Assembly: GCA_040954595.2 (NCBI GenBank)
Contig: CM082583.2
Span: 13,058,987 to 13,122,986 of the forward strand
DNA length: 64,000 nt
From: Balanoglossus misakiensis
Lineage: Eukaryota > Animalia > Hemichordata
Reading direction: 5' to 3'
The translations under genes and the position numbers were made by a program. Shown piece after piece: positions 13,110-27,381 of the stretch. Position 1 is the stretch's first letter. Each line of letters opens with the position of its first letter. The notes under the pieces were generated by a model. It was not told the origin of the DNA. It did not search any database and saw only the letters and a list, made by a program, of their open reading frames with translations.

Positions 13110-13606
13110 CAGACTACCAACGGTGCAGAATGAAACCTGAAAGTGATAAAATGCTGCACGGTTTGTTTACCAGGAAACAACTATAAGTTCGAGGAAGTAG
13201 GTCACATGACTGGAAAGTTTCAGGTCATCTGAGGTGAAAGGTTATGGGGTTATATCAGGTGACCGTTATTTGCATTCGTGTGACCTGCACCTGGAGAGCT
13301 TGTGCACACGTGGGTTAGAAATTCAAACGCCGTGGCGCACGTTGCTTGTAATGAAGAATGTTACACGAAATATGGGTATGTATTATATTCGACACTGTGG
13401 CAAACACGGAGAAACAAGACTGTCCTGATAATGACGTACAGTACGTAGCATGAAACAAGACATTTGGACAGGTGTATGCGTTCACACGTACACAGACAAG
13501 GAGTTGTGTCCGTGGATTTCAACATGGCCAAAACAACACACTGAAGGGCGAAAGTAAGAAACAAGTTTTGTTAGCCGTTTAGTTTTTGTTGACGTTGACA
13601 CTGAAG
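13110..13606. promoter_or_regulatory. Probable bidirectional promoter between LRRK1-like and FAN1
   Basis: Divergent start codons ~550 bp apart. ETS-like GAGGAAGT and E-box GGTCACATGAC near 13190-13210. Confidence 0.65.
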
Positions 13607-16600
13607 ATGTCAAAAGAAGGAACGGGAAGTGGAAAACGAGGCAAAATGTCACGAAATACAGATGGCAGTCGTCAAGATAAACAAAACGACTCAAGAAAGA
13701 ATGTAGAACCTAAAAAGCCAAACATACTAGACTTGTTATCAAAGCAAAGAACAGGACAAACTGCTCAGTGTCCAGTCTGTGAACGTAATGTGTTGGTTTC
13801 TAAAATGAATCATCATCTGGATAGTGGTTGCCTAGCAACAGGAAGCAACAGTCAAGCAGCCAGTAGCAGTTGCTCAGTGGACACAAGTAGTTGTGATAAT
13901 AAGAGCCAAGAAGATTTTGCTAGTGATACATACAAGTATGACAGAACAGTACCTAATGACTCCACCAAGAAAAATGTTTCAAAACGTAAAGCATCCACAG
14001 CCTCTAGCTCTGTGAGTCCCTACTTTGATAAGCAAAGGGCCGCTAAGAGGTCCAAACTGAAGTTGAAAAAGAAAGCCCTGTCTTTCACTGCGAGTGAATT
14101 AGACAACGTGGAATCTGACAGTGGTTTTCATAATGCACAGGTTGTAGACTTGGATCCAGATATTGTGATACTTGATAGACCCACTGGTGAAGTTGATTCC
14201 ACTGTTATTAGTGATGAAGTGAAATCTGTGAACAGGGGTCTTTCACGAGATGCTAAAGTTGATTCTTGTAGTGAAGTGCAAGTCACAAATAGTGAACCAT
14301 CACTGGATGACCACATGTCTACATGTAAAGGTATCACAAACCCATCAACACCAAATATTTCAATATCAAACAATGTCCTCGAATGCTCAACATCGAGCAC
14401 CCATACTCAGGTACATCTCAAATCTGAAATATCACAGAAGACTCCCCAGGTGGTGTCAGAACTTACCACTGACTCTACAGATATCTCTCCAGCAAGTTCA
14501 GTTTCCGATATTTCCACCTCTGATGTCACCACACCCAGCTCTGGTGCACTTTCATCCACCAGTGTTGCTATGCCAACCAGAGAATCACCCATGACTTCTC
14601 AAGAAAGTGTTCAGGCCCCAAGTGATGGAGATGAGAATGGGGAGGAAGAGGATGGGCCAAAGCATCCATATTATCTTTCAAATTTCTTCCTTGTGATGGA
14701 TACAGTACTAGATAATAAAGAAGACAGTTCCCTGTTTAATGAGGATGATATGAGCTACATTGACAAGTTCAAGTCATTGTCAGGTAAGTACGAGACACAG
14801 GCATCTTATTAATAATATACATATTTTGCTTCACATATACATCTACCTCAACTTGATGCTAGGCCAGAAATTTTAATTGCATGTGCCGCATGTACTGACA
14901 ATTTTTCTTTCATGACTTCAATATTTTCACCTCAGGGGAAGCACAGAAACTGTATGTCAGATTATTCCAGAGAAAACCCACATGGTTGAGAGTTGAGAAG
15001 TTAGACTATCCCAAGATTGCTGCGGATTTGAAGCCGGTGGCCAAAGAGTTGGTTGCAGCTGGTTTTCTGATAACAGGTAAAGATGGCGAAGAGGTTAAAT
15101 GTTGTAAATAGAGTTGGGAAGATCTTAGCATTTTTCCAGGCAGGCGTGTTACACACCATCCTGTCATTGAGCCCTTTTTCCACGTTCACCTATTTTGAAT
15201 GTCTTTGCATGACTCTTGTTAAAACATCTCCCAATTTAGCATGATGACTCTGGTTATGTGCGATGTTTAACTTTATAATTCCTGCCATTTTCATGTCATT
15301 TCCAGAAAATGATTTAACCGACATTGAAGAGACGCTGCGGTTACTACAGGCACCCGACTTGAAGAGTTTAGCCAAGTCTCTGAAAGTGACTTGTAGTGGT
15401 ATGCAGAGAAATCAGATCATTGATGCTTTGATGAAACATGGCCGACAGCAAAGGTCCATCTTTGGAGGAACAGCTTCACTCATTTTGAGAAGGTAGCATA
15501 CTTTTACAACATTCTGCATCCATGGCCAGGATTTAGTTAGATCTCATGGAAGACGAACAATTTTCAGACAATGAAAGGCAGTTAACTGTTTCAATTATCA
15601 ATATACGTCTAATTCCAACAACTTTCCACTGTGGTCTCTTTTCAGGGCCAAAAAAGCACTTGGTTCATGTGTCAAGCTTGTTCGAGATGTGAAAGCAATC
15701 TTCACTCGACTGGTCTTGCTGTTTTCATTGAAGAATGTGGCTGATGAAGATGATTTCTATGCAAATGGTGGCCAGTCACTTTTGTGAGTTTTTGTCCTCC
15801 ATACCACCCATCAAACAACATAGATTATCATGTTCTGGTAGAATTATTTTGAGAAGTATCTAACAACTTTCTAGATCAGTATTCCTCCTTTCACATCTTT
15901 AATTCATTCGCATTTATTTTGGTGTAGGTCAGCGTTATTTCTTGCAAACTATGGCAGGGTTGTGTATCCAAATTACACTGTTTATCGACCCACAGTGTTA
16001 TTCAGAAGCAGGGATGAATTTCTACGGTAAGAGCAGATTTCATATTTTCTTCCCACATGCAGCTATAATGGTTTACACACATGTCCCGCCAGTGTCAGGG
16101 AATGAAGTAATATTTGCATCCACTCCTGTTGCTATGTCCACAGATTCCAGGTGGCTTTGCAGTATGAAGCGGACGTCAGCTCGGCACTTAATAACAATGA
16201 CTTTGAGACTGCATTGGAAGTGTACTCAGAAGCCTGCAAGGAATATGAACCGATTAGAAATGATCCAGATATTCTCAGGTATTGACAAAAAGTGGTAGAT
16301 GAAATTAGAATCATACTGAGCAGACTCTATAATATCCTTCTCCTAAGGACAACTGTATTCTCACAACAGCAACACAAGATTATTTTTGCATCAAACAGTG
16401 ATTTCAAGGCAATAGCGTTCATTGACGGCCATTTTATTTGTCCATTCTTGCAGCTTCGATAAAAGTCTTCCTGTGTTCCTACGCTGCTTTACCACATCAT
16501 GGATCTACACACGTATTCAGGCCCTGGGAGTCGAGATCTTGCAGAAACTGCGACGTTACGGAGAAGCAGTGGACAAACTCAAGGAATTGCTGGGACAGGA

Positions 16601-19248
16601 GATTTACTGCACGCACGCCAGAGGTAGATGGTGGGACAGACTGGCTCTCAATCTAGACCAACATCTGAAGAAACCGTCTCAGGTAAGCAGTGTTTTCTGC
16701 CGTGGGTTTTAATATCAGTAGATTTAAAGCCCCAATAGCTGCCACTTTTTGCATATCCATGATTTCCAGCCGTCTAATCCCAGTCGCATTTTGTTGCAGT
16801 CCCTTGATGCCATCAAAGAGGCACTAGCAGACAGCCACGTCAGAACCGGGCACCGTCTGGCGCTGGAGCAAAGAGTTTTCAAGATTTGTGAATCTCCCAG
16901 CAACCAGAAACTCAAGAAGAGACTTTCTGAGTTCAGTCTTTCCAAGCTGAAAGAAACACCGAAGGTAAACGATACCACATTTCTGGTCTCTATTTCCCAG
17001 ACCATTCCACCTGGGAGGTTTAACCCTTTCAACACCATGGTTTGATCCATATGCATTGTCTTCTATGGTGAACTTGGACCTCTGCAAAGGGAAATGGGGT
17101 GAGAAGGTATCAGTTCATTTTCATAAGGTGCTTAAACATGAAAATTTATCTCTCCTGACATACAGGTTGTTATATCTGGCAACATTAGACAAAACGACGT
17201 CGTAAATGAAAGATTTTATGTTATACAAAAACAAAATGAAGACAGAGGAGATGCCGGGGCAATGGAAGAAATCTTAACATCCAGAGTGGAGGAGTTTGTA
17301 CTGCATTACTACAAAGAAAATGGCTACAATGAAGGTATGAGTCCATATTGAGGGAAATGGATAATTCACTTTTTGGATGGCTTTATTTTGACAGTGCACC
17401 AATTCAGATGTCTGACAAGAGTGTGACTTAATTTTTTGATGTTTTCCCCATCTTTCTACACTCCAGGTTTACATGGTGAAGGTGCAACATTTACGACTTT
17501 GATTGGTCTGTTAATGTGGGACATAGTGTTTTCTGACAACATACCAGATGTGTTCAGATACCCCTTCCAGGTCAGTTTATCTCTAAAATGTTTTGGAAAT
17601 TTATTTAGATATGTAACCAATTTAACAGATTTATTGTCTACAACAAGTGATGGATGACCCATGCTGCGTGGTTCATTAGTTTTCTTTTCTTTCTCTCTCA
17701 CAGACTGGCCCTCTAGATTTCAGAGGAGATGATTTCTACATCAACAGACAGGAAATGATTGAAGCCAGACTAAATTTGATCGAGAAATGTAGCGTTGATG
17801 CCTTGCAGAGAATGGTGGAAGAGACATGGAAGGCACATGAAAGCGAACAGTGCTGTCTGGTCGACTGGAATGTCTTCGATGACCTAGATCGCATCAAGGT
17901 GAGATTTCCATATCGGAAACCTTTGTATTTCATTCATTGATTTTACTACTGCGTAAATAATGGCTTTTCTGATAGCGGTAATCCCCATTTGTCTATAAAA
18001 GATATCATTTGTTTGATGTATGGCAGCTTGTGTATTTCAAGTCTGACACATTTATGGCGATGTAGCCCAGGAGACTGTATATTTATAGAACCACAGCCCT
18101 AGAGACTGTATGCTGTCCAATACAAAGTGTGTAATGGTTTGTTGAACTAGAAGTCAGTTATAAATCATAAGAACTTTGCTAAGATTTTGTTCTCTAATAC
18201 ATCCTTTTTTCAATTTCCAGGGTCTCATTGCCTGCATGGGAGGACCCTTTCTGAGTGCGATAGGGAGAAGGATTATGAAAGACCACAGACATTGCAGGGG
18301 AGGGGTTCCAGATCTGGTCGTGTGGAATACAGAGAAAAAGACATACAGAGTAAGAAACGATATTTTTATTACCGGAAGAAAAGTATCCTAATCATAAATG
18401 TGAATGTGGTTTAAAAGTTAAGGATCACTTTTTTTGGTTACATGTTGCCAAAGATATTTCATTATTTAATTGTGGATGTTTATGCATACCTCTAAATTGA
18501 GATTTCTGAATGTCACATTTGCCCGACAGATTGTGGAAGTGAAAGGTCCAAATGATCGCTTGGCTCACAAACAGATCTTGTGGATTGATTTTCTGAATTC
18601 TGTCGGTGCCACAGCTGAAGTTTGTCATGTGACAGGTAAGTGGAAAAAGAGCGTTCTATTTTGAATCTTCTCAAGTTAGCTGAAACCTTGGCTCTCCTGC
18701 GCGGGCAGCTTGACTGGCAAGTGTACACCTACACCGATGAGGGCGCTTTTCAAGTGATTCAGTGTTGGATCCACAGGCGATGACAAGAAACTTACAACTG
18801 GCATCTTGGCTTATCTGTCGGAACAAATAGAAGCCGCACGAGCTGCCACTTTCTGCATTATTTTCACGCTGTTGACTTGCAAGCTTAGATTGGTCTCTCT
18901 AAATAAGCTTATCAGCCGCTGATTTTGACTGTTCGTGGCAATTTTTTAAATGGGTGTTGCACCTGTTTAATCGGCCTACGTAGCAAGAGAACACAACTTT
19001 TTGTGGTATACGTCACCAAGAGATGAAAAACTGATGCAAACACAGGTAAGATGGCGTTGGGAGGATTTTTAAGGACTGTACTGAATAAGTCATTTTCAGT
19101 TTTGCTACATTTCAGCCTTTAAACATTCAATTTCTGACTTTCAGTGAGTCTCTGTTATCAGTGACATATTAATACTAGTTCTAATGTTTGTTTTTTTTTC
19201 ATTTTTACAGCTGTCGGTGGAAAGAAGCTAAGAACAAGCATGGAATAA
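13607..19248 (+). CDS. FAN1: Fanconi-associated nuclease 1, 14 coding exons
   Basis: UBZ4 finger (CPVC...MNHHLDSGC), [22 protein letters not shown]-like region, TPR region ([17 protein letters not shown]), GLHGEG, VRR-NUC motifs [10 protein letters not shown] and [14 protein letters not shown]. All introns GT-AG and phase-consistent; ends [12 protein letters not shown] (TAA 19246-19248). Confidence 0.95.
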
Positions 19249-21749
19249 ATGTGTATCAATGATGATTGTCAGGAAAATAGAGTTAAAACACTCGTACACC
19301 ACCAAAAAAGGCATGGCTGGCAGAAGATGCCTTTGAAATATATTGCCAAATTTGTTGCAAGTTTACATGAAGAACAGTATCATGAAGACGTGGTGTTAAA
19401 AAGCTGCATTTGCAGCTACCAATTGACTTCAACTACTTCAGGGAGCCAGTCCCACAGAAGCAAAGCAAGAAGTCCCTAAACATGGATCTCTCATTCCAGA
19501 AGTTGAGAGGATTTGATAGGAATATTGATCAAGCCAATGCGCCTGTTCACAGAAGAAAAACAGCTTGATTCACCATTTATGAAGTTTATTATCATCAGAT
19601 TGTGGTCTGAAATACTTTTGCCAACTGTGGAAAAAACTGCTTTGCACATTGAGGGCTCCCTTCAATGTAATCTCCGAGCAGTTGAATCTGGTTTCCTTGG
19701 TAACCATATACACCAAGATTATTATGCAGTGTGCGATCAAGAGTCAAGACACTTTCTACGTGTCGCAGTTTCATTAATAAGGAAAAAGAACTGAATATGA
19801 GACATGCATGTAGTTGCAGATAGGTTTTGTATGCCTCTTAAAATATATTTTTGAACCCACATTTTGACTAGCATACAGGTTCACCATTCACACATAAAAG
19901 ACATGGTAAGATTGGTGTTGTTACACACTGTCGAGTGAAGAATAACAACATTGCCATGCCAACACAACACCAGCATCAGAAACCCAATCAGATGCTCAAT
20001 GCCTCTCATACGACACACACCCTCAAAATAACACCATTATACCAAGACATTGCAATTTAGTTGAAGATATAGTTTTAATAGCTAATGATAGGGGAAAAAA
20101 TTAAATATACAAAGACAGGATCTAGGTTTTCTGAATGAACCTTCATAAGTTAACCTGACAAAGCATGAATGAGGAAGGGGATACAGACTAGTTTTCCAGA
20201 GTCTAAAAATACCTTGTTTGATGACACCAGTAGTCTAATATTTTCTACAGAACATTAAGTGGCTTCTCAGATGACTTGAAATCTGAGTCATGTTTTTAAA
20301 GGAAATGTTCTGGACAACAAGAATAATAAGAACAGTGTACGACATGACTGCTACAATGAACTGAGAACAGCCAAATATGGTAATAACAGTGACCAAATAT
20401 GGTATTGAAATGAAGAACAGCGGGTGGCATCGGCTGCAGTATATAATATGTCATTTGAAAGTCAACATGATTACATAATTTTGCACTGACTAAAAATTAC
20501 TGTGTCTATAATTCCTTTCTATTGCAACATTACTGTAGTACCCCTACGTGGCATCTGTGGTAAACAAAAAATTCTCCATGTTGAAAAATATTGCAACCAT
20601 AACAAGTCATAACACTGTCTCTACCACCTTTTCAATGATAAATGTTTACATTTCATTTGATGTCTGAAACTCACTTAGTGTTGATTCTGTCTGCATTCAG
20701 AAAAATGTCAAAAAGTCTGAAAAAAGCCACAGAAGAAAATACACATGCAAAGTACAAGACAAGCATGTTATCTCTCTACCTGCTTCGTGTTATTTTTTTT
20801 CAAAATGACTATCAACAATAAATACTGTACACACAGCAATGTTAACTTGCCGTTGACAATTACACACCTGTTATTGTTTTTTTAAGTTCATGACTGTTGC
20901 TATGGCAGTATTCACCCCAGAAAAAGGATCATTAAACTTCTGGAATGAATACTGCAATAAAAACTTCATAAAATATAAAATTTGCGTAACATTTACCAAA
21001 GACCTGCCTTTAATTTTTTCCAGGTCAACATTAACCCGTCTTTTATCTTTTTTCCCTCGTTTTTTTGCTGTTTTTTTTAAATTTTGATTGAAAAAGTAAC
21101 ATTTTCTTAAATAATATACTTTCTCTTTACTTCAAATCAAAAAATTTTGACAAATGTCTACACTACTCACTACTCGAACTGCTGCGAACAAGGAAACAAA
21201 AATGAAAAGAAAAAAATAGATAATTTGCATTCATATTCTTCATGTTAATATTCATAATCATGTCGTCATTTCTATCAACTTATCTACACCTGGCGACTAC
21301 ATTTACATGCATCTATGATGGTCTACAGTGTTAATTTACATAAATTGTAATCTGTCTAGCATAATAGAAATTAAGGTTTTAATAACAAAATATAGCATGC
21401 TGTATGCCATGAAGCAAACGTGACTGGTTCAAATCCCTCCGAGTATTTAGATATAAAGTCCAAAGGGGCTTGGATGAACCACTTCTGATATCTTTGTAGA
21501 ACCTCACTGTAGGGCTGGGAGTCAATGCAAGTAATACGAGTCTTTCCTTCATGATGTGGTCCCTGGCATGTTTGTCTCTTGCCTTTCCTTTGGCCAAAGC
21601 ACATCCCATCCTGCCATTCGTTGGTTAAAAGGCATTCCAACTCACAGAAAACCCTCAGAACACACAGGTTAGGAACTGGGCTCCAATGTCACATGCCTTT
21701 GAGATTCACAAACCGCTTCCAATCAGTTGAACAGCCGAAACATAACTGA

Positions 21750-24715
21750 CTACTGTTTCCACGCCACCGTTTGTGATATGGAGCGTGATGGTATCATGTC
21801 CAACAGGTATTCTCTCTGTCTGTCCGTCGGCTGGGCCAGTGTTGTTATCACTTGCGGCTTTGTCATCATGACCTGTTTACAAAAAGACAAAAAAAAATTG
21901 TCAATATAAATGTAAAAATATGAGAATTTGTCATGGGGTTGAATCATGTACACGTGACTAGTTTCTTCCACTAAAGCGGTAATAAGAAAGCTTACCTGTG
22001 GAACGTGATAGGCGTAAGTTATAGTCGGCTGGATGTGTGCCTGTGGTATCTGGCCATAGACTGGCCGCACATGGTGTCGCTGCATCTGCTGTTGGTGCGC
22101 TTGCAGCATCTGGTGATGTTGTCGCATCTGTTCCTGCTGCACCTTCTGCAGTTGTTCACGATGATGGGAGGTGTGAGCCTGGGGCGCCTGGGTCTGAGAT
22201 CCATTGGCCGGCACTGAGGCCACGCTCTGACTCATCCTCTGCTCTATCTCCTGTTCCTGCTGCAACGCTTTCACAAACGCCGTCTTGAGACGGTTTGTGT
22301 GCTCTGCCTTCAGTGCTTTCTTCTGATTGGTCACCACGCAGGTCTCGCACATGACAGCACTTGACTTCTTGGGGTCCCTCTTCCACACTGTGGTGAAGTC
22401 GAGCTTGCATTGAGAACAAGTGAATGGCTCGATAAACTTTGGCGTTTTCGGACCCGTCATGTCTTCAGTGATTCGATTGACCACCTCTTCCAGACCGACC
22501 AGGTAGATGAATTCGTTGTTAGCCGCACTGGGAAGGAAGTGCATTTCTGGCGGTGGTGGTTTTGGAGGCGGGATCTGAAGGAGAGTCTTTTCAAGTTGCT
22601 TCCTCAACGCCAATTTAGCCGCAGCCTGTCGGCTGGCTGGAGACTCTGCGGGCGATATCTTGACCTGTTGCTGCGACTGACCCTGTTGAACGAGTGTGTA
22701 AGTTGGTGTAGAGGAGCCATAGGCCACTAGATTGCTTCCACTGCCCACTCTGACGATGGGCGGTCGGACCATCTGCGACTGTTGCTGCATGTGTACGCCT
22801 CCGCTGCGACCAAGCATCAGCGGTGGGGGACCCTGTGAACCTTGAGTTCTTATTGGTTGAATTTGGTTGCCTCTCACCAGGGGAGGCATTATCACCTGCT
22901 GCGATTTCATCATCGGATGGCCGCCGCCACGCAGAAGAGGCGGTGGCGGTGCAGAGGGGTTGCGTGGTATTGGCAGTTTCCCGGCAACCGCTCCTTGGTT
23001 TGGTACCTGCTCCTTCACAAGCACTGGCTGAAGCTGGCTCTGCCGTAATTTCTTCAACAGAAGTAACTTGGCTTCTTCGTTCCTGAGGTCTTCTTGTAAT
23101 TGGCGCACCAGTTTCTCCCGATCTGTCATCTCATCTGGTGTGAGTTTTTTGACGCCGTTGCTTGGCCTTGGTGAGTCCTCCGAGTCATCACTGACCCCAT
23201 TCATCATTGGCCCAGATGAGTCATCTGAGAGGACTATGACATCATCCGACGATGAAGAGTCCGCTCCCTCTTCTCGAAGTCTGTGTGATAAAAGCAAAGG
23301 TCAAGGGTCACAAATCAAAAATCCACCTCACCTTTTAACTAACACTGACACTTGGTAGATCTCATTTCAAAGCAATCAGAACCCCCCCCCCTTTTTTTTC
23401 ATGACAATACAGCTTTAAAGACACTTACCTTTGTATTCTCTCTTTCTCCTTCTGACTTTCTGCATCTGGCCTGTTTGCATTCTTTGCATTGTTCTCCTTA
23501 TCTTTCTCTCCATCAACATTGTTTTTGGTCACAGATAAATCTTGTGGCTTATTGGCAGACAAATCATGAGGTTTATCAACATCCATCTCCTCAACATCAT
23601 CGGAATTTCCTTTGGTTTCCTTGGCAACAGTAGATACTTCTGTCATCTCAGCATCATCTGATTTATGATCACCTTTGACCTCTACTGGTTTATCTATCTC
23701 TACATTGTCTGATGATTCGATTTCTTTATCATTTGTCTTGGGAATGACTAGTTTCACTTTCTCTCCTGAATCATCCTTTTTGGCAACATTTGGTTCATTG
23801 CTGGTTTTATCCACGTTTTCAAGTTCACCTCCTTCTTTGTCACTAGTGGTACTATCATTACTTTCTGTCAGAGAAGTTTTCGTCGGTTCCTCTAAATTCC
23901 CACTTCCTTTTGGTTCCTCATTTTGATGCTCTGATTCCATTGTTTGATCACTGACACTACCACTGGGTTGCTGATCCGTTTCTTTTTCCACATCCTTTTC
24001 GCTGGATTTGTCCTTATTTCCTGCTGTTGTTCCAGTCTCACAAGTCTTTACACTTCCAGTGACACATTCATTTTCTGTAGAAGTTTCCGCGGGCACATCC
24101 TGACTGTCGTCTTGCTCCAGAAGTTCTTTCTCCTCTTTGAGATCGACATCATCCACATCACTCTCACCAGCTAGCAGCTCTTCTTCTGTCTTCTCTCCCT
24201 CTGCTCGGATACTGTTTTCCTTGAAGGAAACCTCCGGATCGCTGTCATCACCAGGCAAGGCATCAATATCAACAGGGGGACTGCGGTCGCCATCGTGGTG
24301 ATTCTCCTTGATGGGTGACAGCTCCAACGCGTCCTCACCTTCACCCACCCGTGGCCGCTTGCTTCCTTTCACGGATGTTTCAGTTGCATCAACCTTGATC
24401 CTGAAATTTCAGAGAGTGAGAAGACTGTGATTTTTCAGCACCTGGCAACATCAGTTTGCATAGACAGACAAGCTCAAAAATATGACCTACTTCAACAATA
24501 TTCCACGCAAATTTAGGAAATTTCACCCCGAGATCAGAATACCAGTAACATGTCACAACTGACCTTTTTGAAGGAGAAGGTGGGTTGGATTTCCGAGGCG
24601 AGCCGGGATTTTCATCTTCCGAGTCGGATGTTCGAAGCCTTTTGCCGCTGCGAGTAACCCTTTCACTAGACGAGGAATCGGTGGAAGATCGTCTGAATGA
24701 TTGAGAGAAAGACAT
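21750..24715 (-). CDS. GATAD2: Transcriptional repressor p66 (NuRD subunit; GATAD2A/B co-ortholog), 4 coding exons
   Basis: CR1 coiled coil [22 protein letters not shown]; CR2 [52 protein letters not shown]; GATA-type finger CSQC-x-CETC; [26 protein letters not shown]; C-terminal [15 protein letters not shown]. Exons ~24715-24564, ~24400-23429, ~23280-21996 and 21872-21750 join in phase. Confidence 0.93.
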
Positions 24716-27381
24716 AATTGGTCAAGTTTCTGGATAAAACAATCATACTAGATTTATAAGGTCGCTGATCTGTCGACCAACTGTAAAATGAATTCTTGTA
24801 GGGTGGTACCAGCTGTGTGTAATGAATACACCAATAACACTCTCCAAGTGTCTATATATAGAAATAATTTATATCGCACATATATTTACAAAAGAATGTC
24901 TCCTTTCTACATGTTGTATGCTTACCTTTCGACAGATTTACTTGGGGATGGGGGATAGGACCGCCTGCCACTTCGAGTTACCCTATCATCAGACATGTTT
25001 TAATACGACCTGTTGTGAGAGGAGGAAAAATAGTATGTAAAGACGGAAAACAGTTGATCATTGCTTTGTAAATCTCAAGATACGTATATGTAATTAGTGC
25101 TTGTGATGACTTGAATCCAAAGTTCTGCATTAATGAATAATACAGTGTAGATCAAAGCTTCAGGTTAAATTAAACTCTATTATTACTTTCTTTTAAATCA
25201 TGTTCAGACAAGAAACGTATTGTCATTGTGACCTTTTGTTTATAAAGCTATATGCCGATTCCATTGTCAATATGGAACTTGATCTTTATTTAAAAGATCA
25301 CTGCAGAGTGCACATTGCTGATGAAAACTTTTTATTCACAAGATTTTAAGAACTTGAAGTAGTCTGATTTCTTCATTGTTACAGCTATATAAGCCAGCGC
25401 AACCATATGCATTATTGATGACATCACTCGGGGCAACCATGTGTGTGCAATAGCAAGGTTACGCCTTCTGCTCATTAACATAACAAACAAAGCCAAGAGG
25501 ATGATGGGAAGATTGTTTTTGTTAGTCAGGGTAAGCATCAACGCACTCTCCCATTGGTTGGTTTGTTTATTATGACCTTATATGGCAAATGGATTATCAA
25601 TTAAGGTGGGAGGCTTCTGATTGGATATGCTGCAATGTCTTGCCATGTAAATGATTACATATGCATAATGGCAGACAAGAAAAAATATGAGACTCGTTTC
25701 ATTTGGACATTCCAGACCCGTATCATGGTAGCTAAAAAGAATTTCTGAAACACTATTTTTTTTCCCAAATCTCTATTTTCCAAAATATCTCTTCTCTTCA
25801 AGTTTAGAAATAACAGATTTAAATGTGGAAATAACAAGTTTAAATGTGGTAATCAAAATAAATCTTTGTTCTTATCGTTTGTGTTTAAAAATATCAATGA
25901 AACACATGAGAAGTTTTAACATACAATATGTTGATTATATTTGGGTTATACAGCTGCTATTTTTCGATCCCCCCCCCCCTCATGACCCACCAGACAGGCA
26001 AGTTTCCTTTTTGTCTTTGCATTGAAGGGGTCAATGCAACTTATACATGATCAGCTTTGGAGATCAGATTTTTTGCTATTCAGATACGCCGTATAATGGA
26101 GCATGGTTGTGTTGTTTCTTTGTTTACTCTTCTGCTGTAAAATTGATTTGAATGTTTGAGATTTGCATCTTATATCAATTTTTACCTTCAAATGAGAAAT
26201 AATGTTATTATAATTAAAGTTGATTGGCGGGGCGCAGGGTCTGGTCAGTCAGCCAAAGCAGAGTAATAAGAGATGTCAATGATTATGATAGCTTTTTTTG
26301 TTTTTGTGGTAGAATATAAAACAAGGAAGTGTCGATAAACTGGGCTGGGGTAACCTTCTGCAGGGTATTGTGCTATGTAGTCTGTATAGCAACACTACAA
26401 GCAATTATGTCACTTGAGGTGCGGAAAAGTTTACGCTACTCGACAACCATGAGGTGCACTCATGGTTTTTCGGGCTTTTTATGTCAACTCTTCCTCCTTG
26501 ATCAGTTTCAATCACCTGGGTTGGGATTGTAGTTTATACTTTCCGACTTGACACGCCAGGGTTCTCTTTCGGTAAATGACCTGGTTTATTATATTAAGTC
26601 CACGATGCATGGGGAACAAAATAATGAATAAAATTTGGTAAACCAAAACTCAATTCGAGTAAAACATTTTTAATATTCATGTGTGCCGCTTTTTTGCCTT
26701 TTTAGCAAAACGTAACAGTTCGACTCAGAATGGGCAATTCTGATTTGCCAGCCCAAATTTTTGCATGTCATGAATGGCAGCAGTTGTGGGACTTCCTAAA
26801 TTTTGGTGGTGTTGATATAACGGGAAATACTGTCTGTGACATAAGACAAGATGTTGTAGAAAACTGTTTCGCTTCAACTGCATTACATTTTCAGTCTTTG
26901 AGCTAAATGTGTCAATTTCGTTGCTGTACTAATGCTCATCCTACAATCCGCAGAAATCTACAACTTGCGCGGAAATTGACTATCTGATTAAGGAGAATTT
27001 AGATGTGATCAAACAATACCCATTAAAATTACCACGAAATGGCCCACTAAATTGTCACGCAGGTTTCAATTAATTCCACATAAGGTGTCAATTCGCAGCA
27101 ACAACTCTAAAATGTTACAATATCACGTAAAACAAAATTGCAATAAGTTTAAAAGAGTGATGCGTTTCGTTTTAGAGAAACTAAGTCTTCACAGTGATGG
27201 CTGGGATATACCATTACGTAGATCACCTCGTACAAAACTCATCTCGCCGGTAAATGGCGCGAGTTTTGCAAGTTTCTTTTCAAAAATTCCGCCCAAATCA
27301 TGCAATTAAGCAACATGGGCTATCATATGATAAAATTCAAGTAAGTTTACTGCTCAATTTTAACATGGAAGCTGGACTTAC

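Noticed and set aside
18720-19030. GC-richer patch in the last FAN1 intron as a transposon
   Set aside because: No terminal repeats, target duplication or ORF could be defined.
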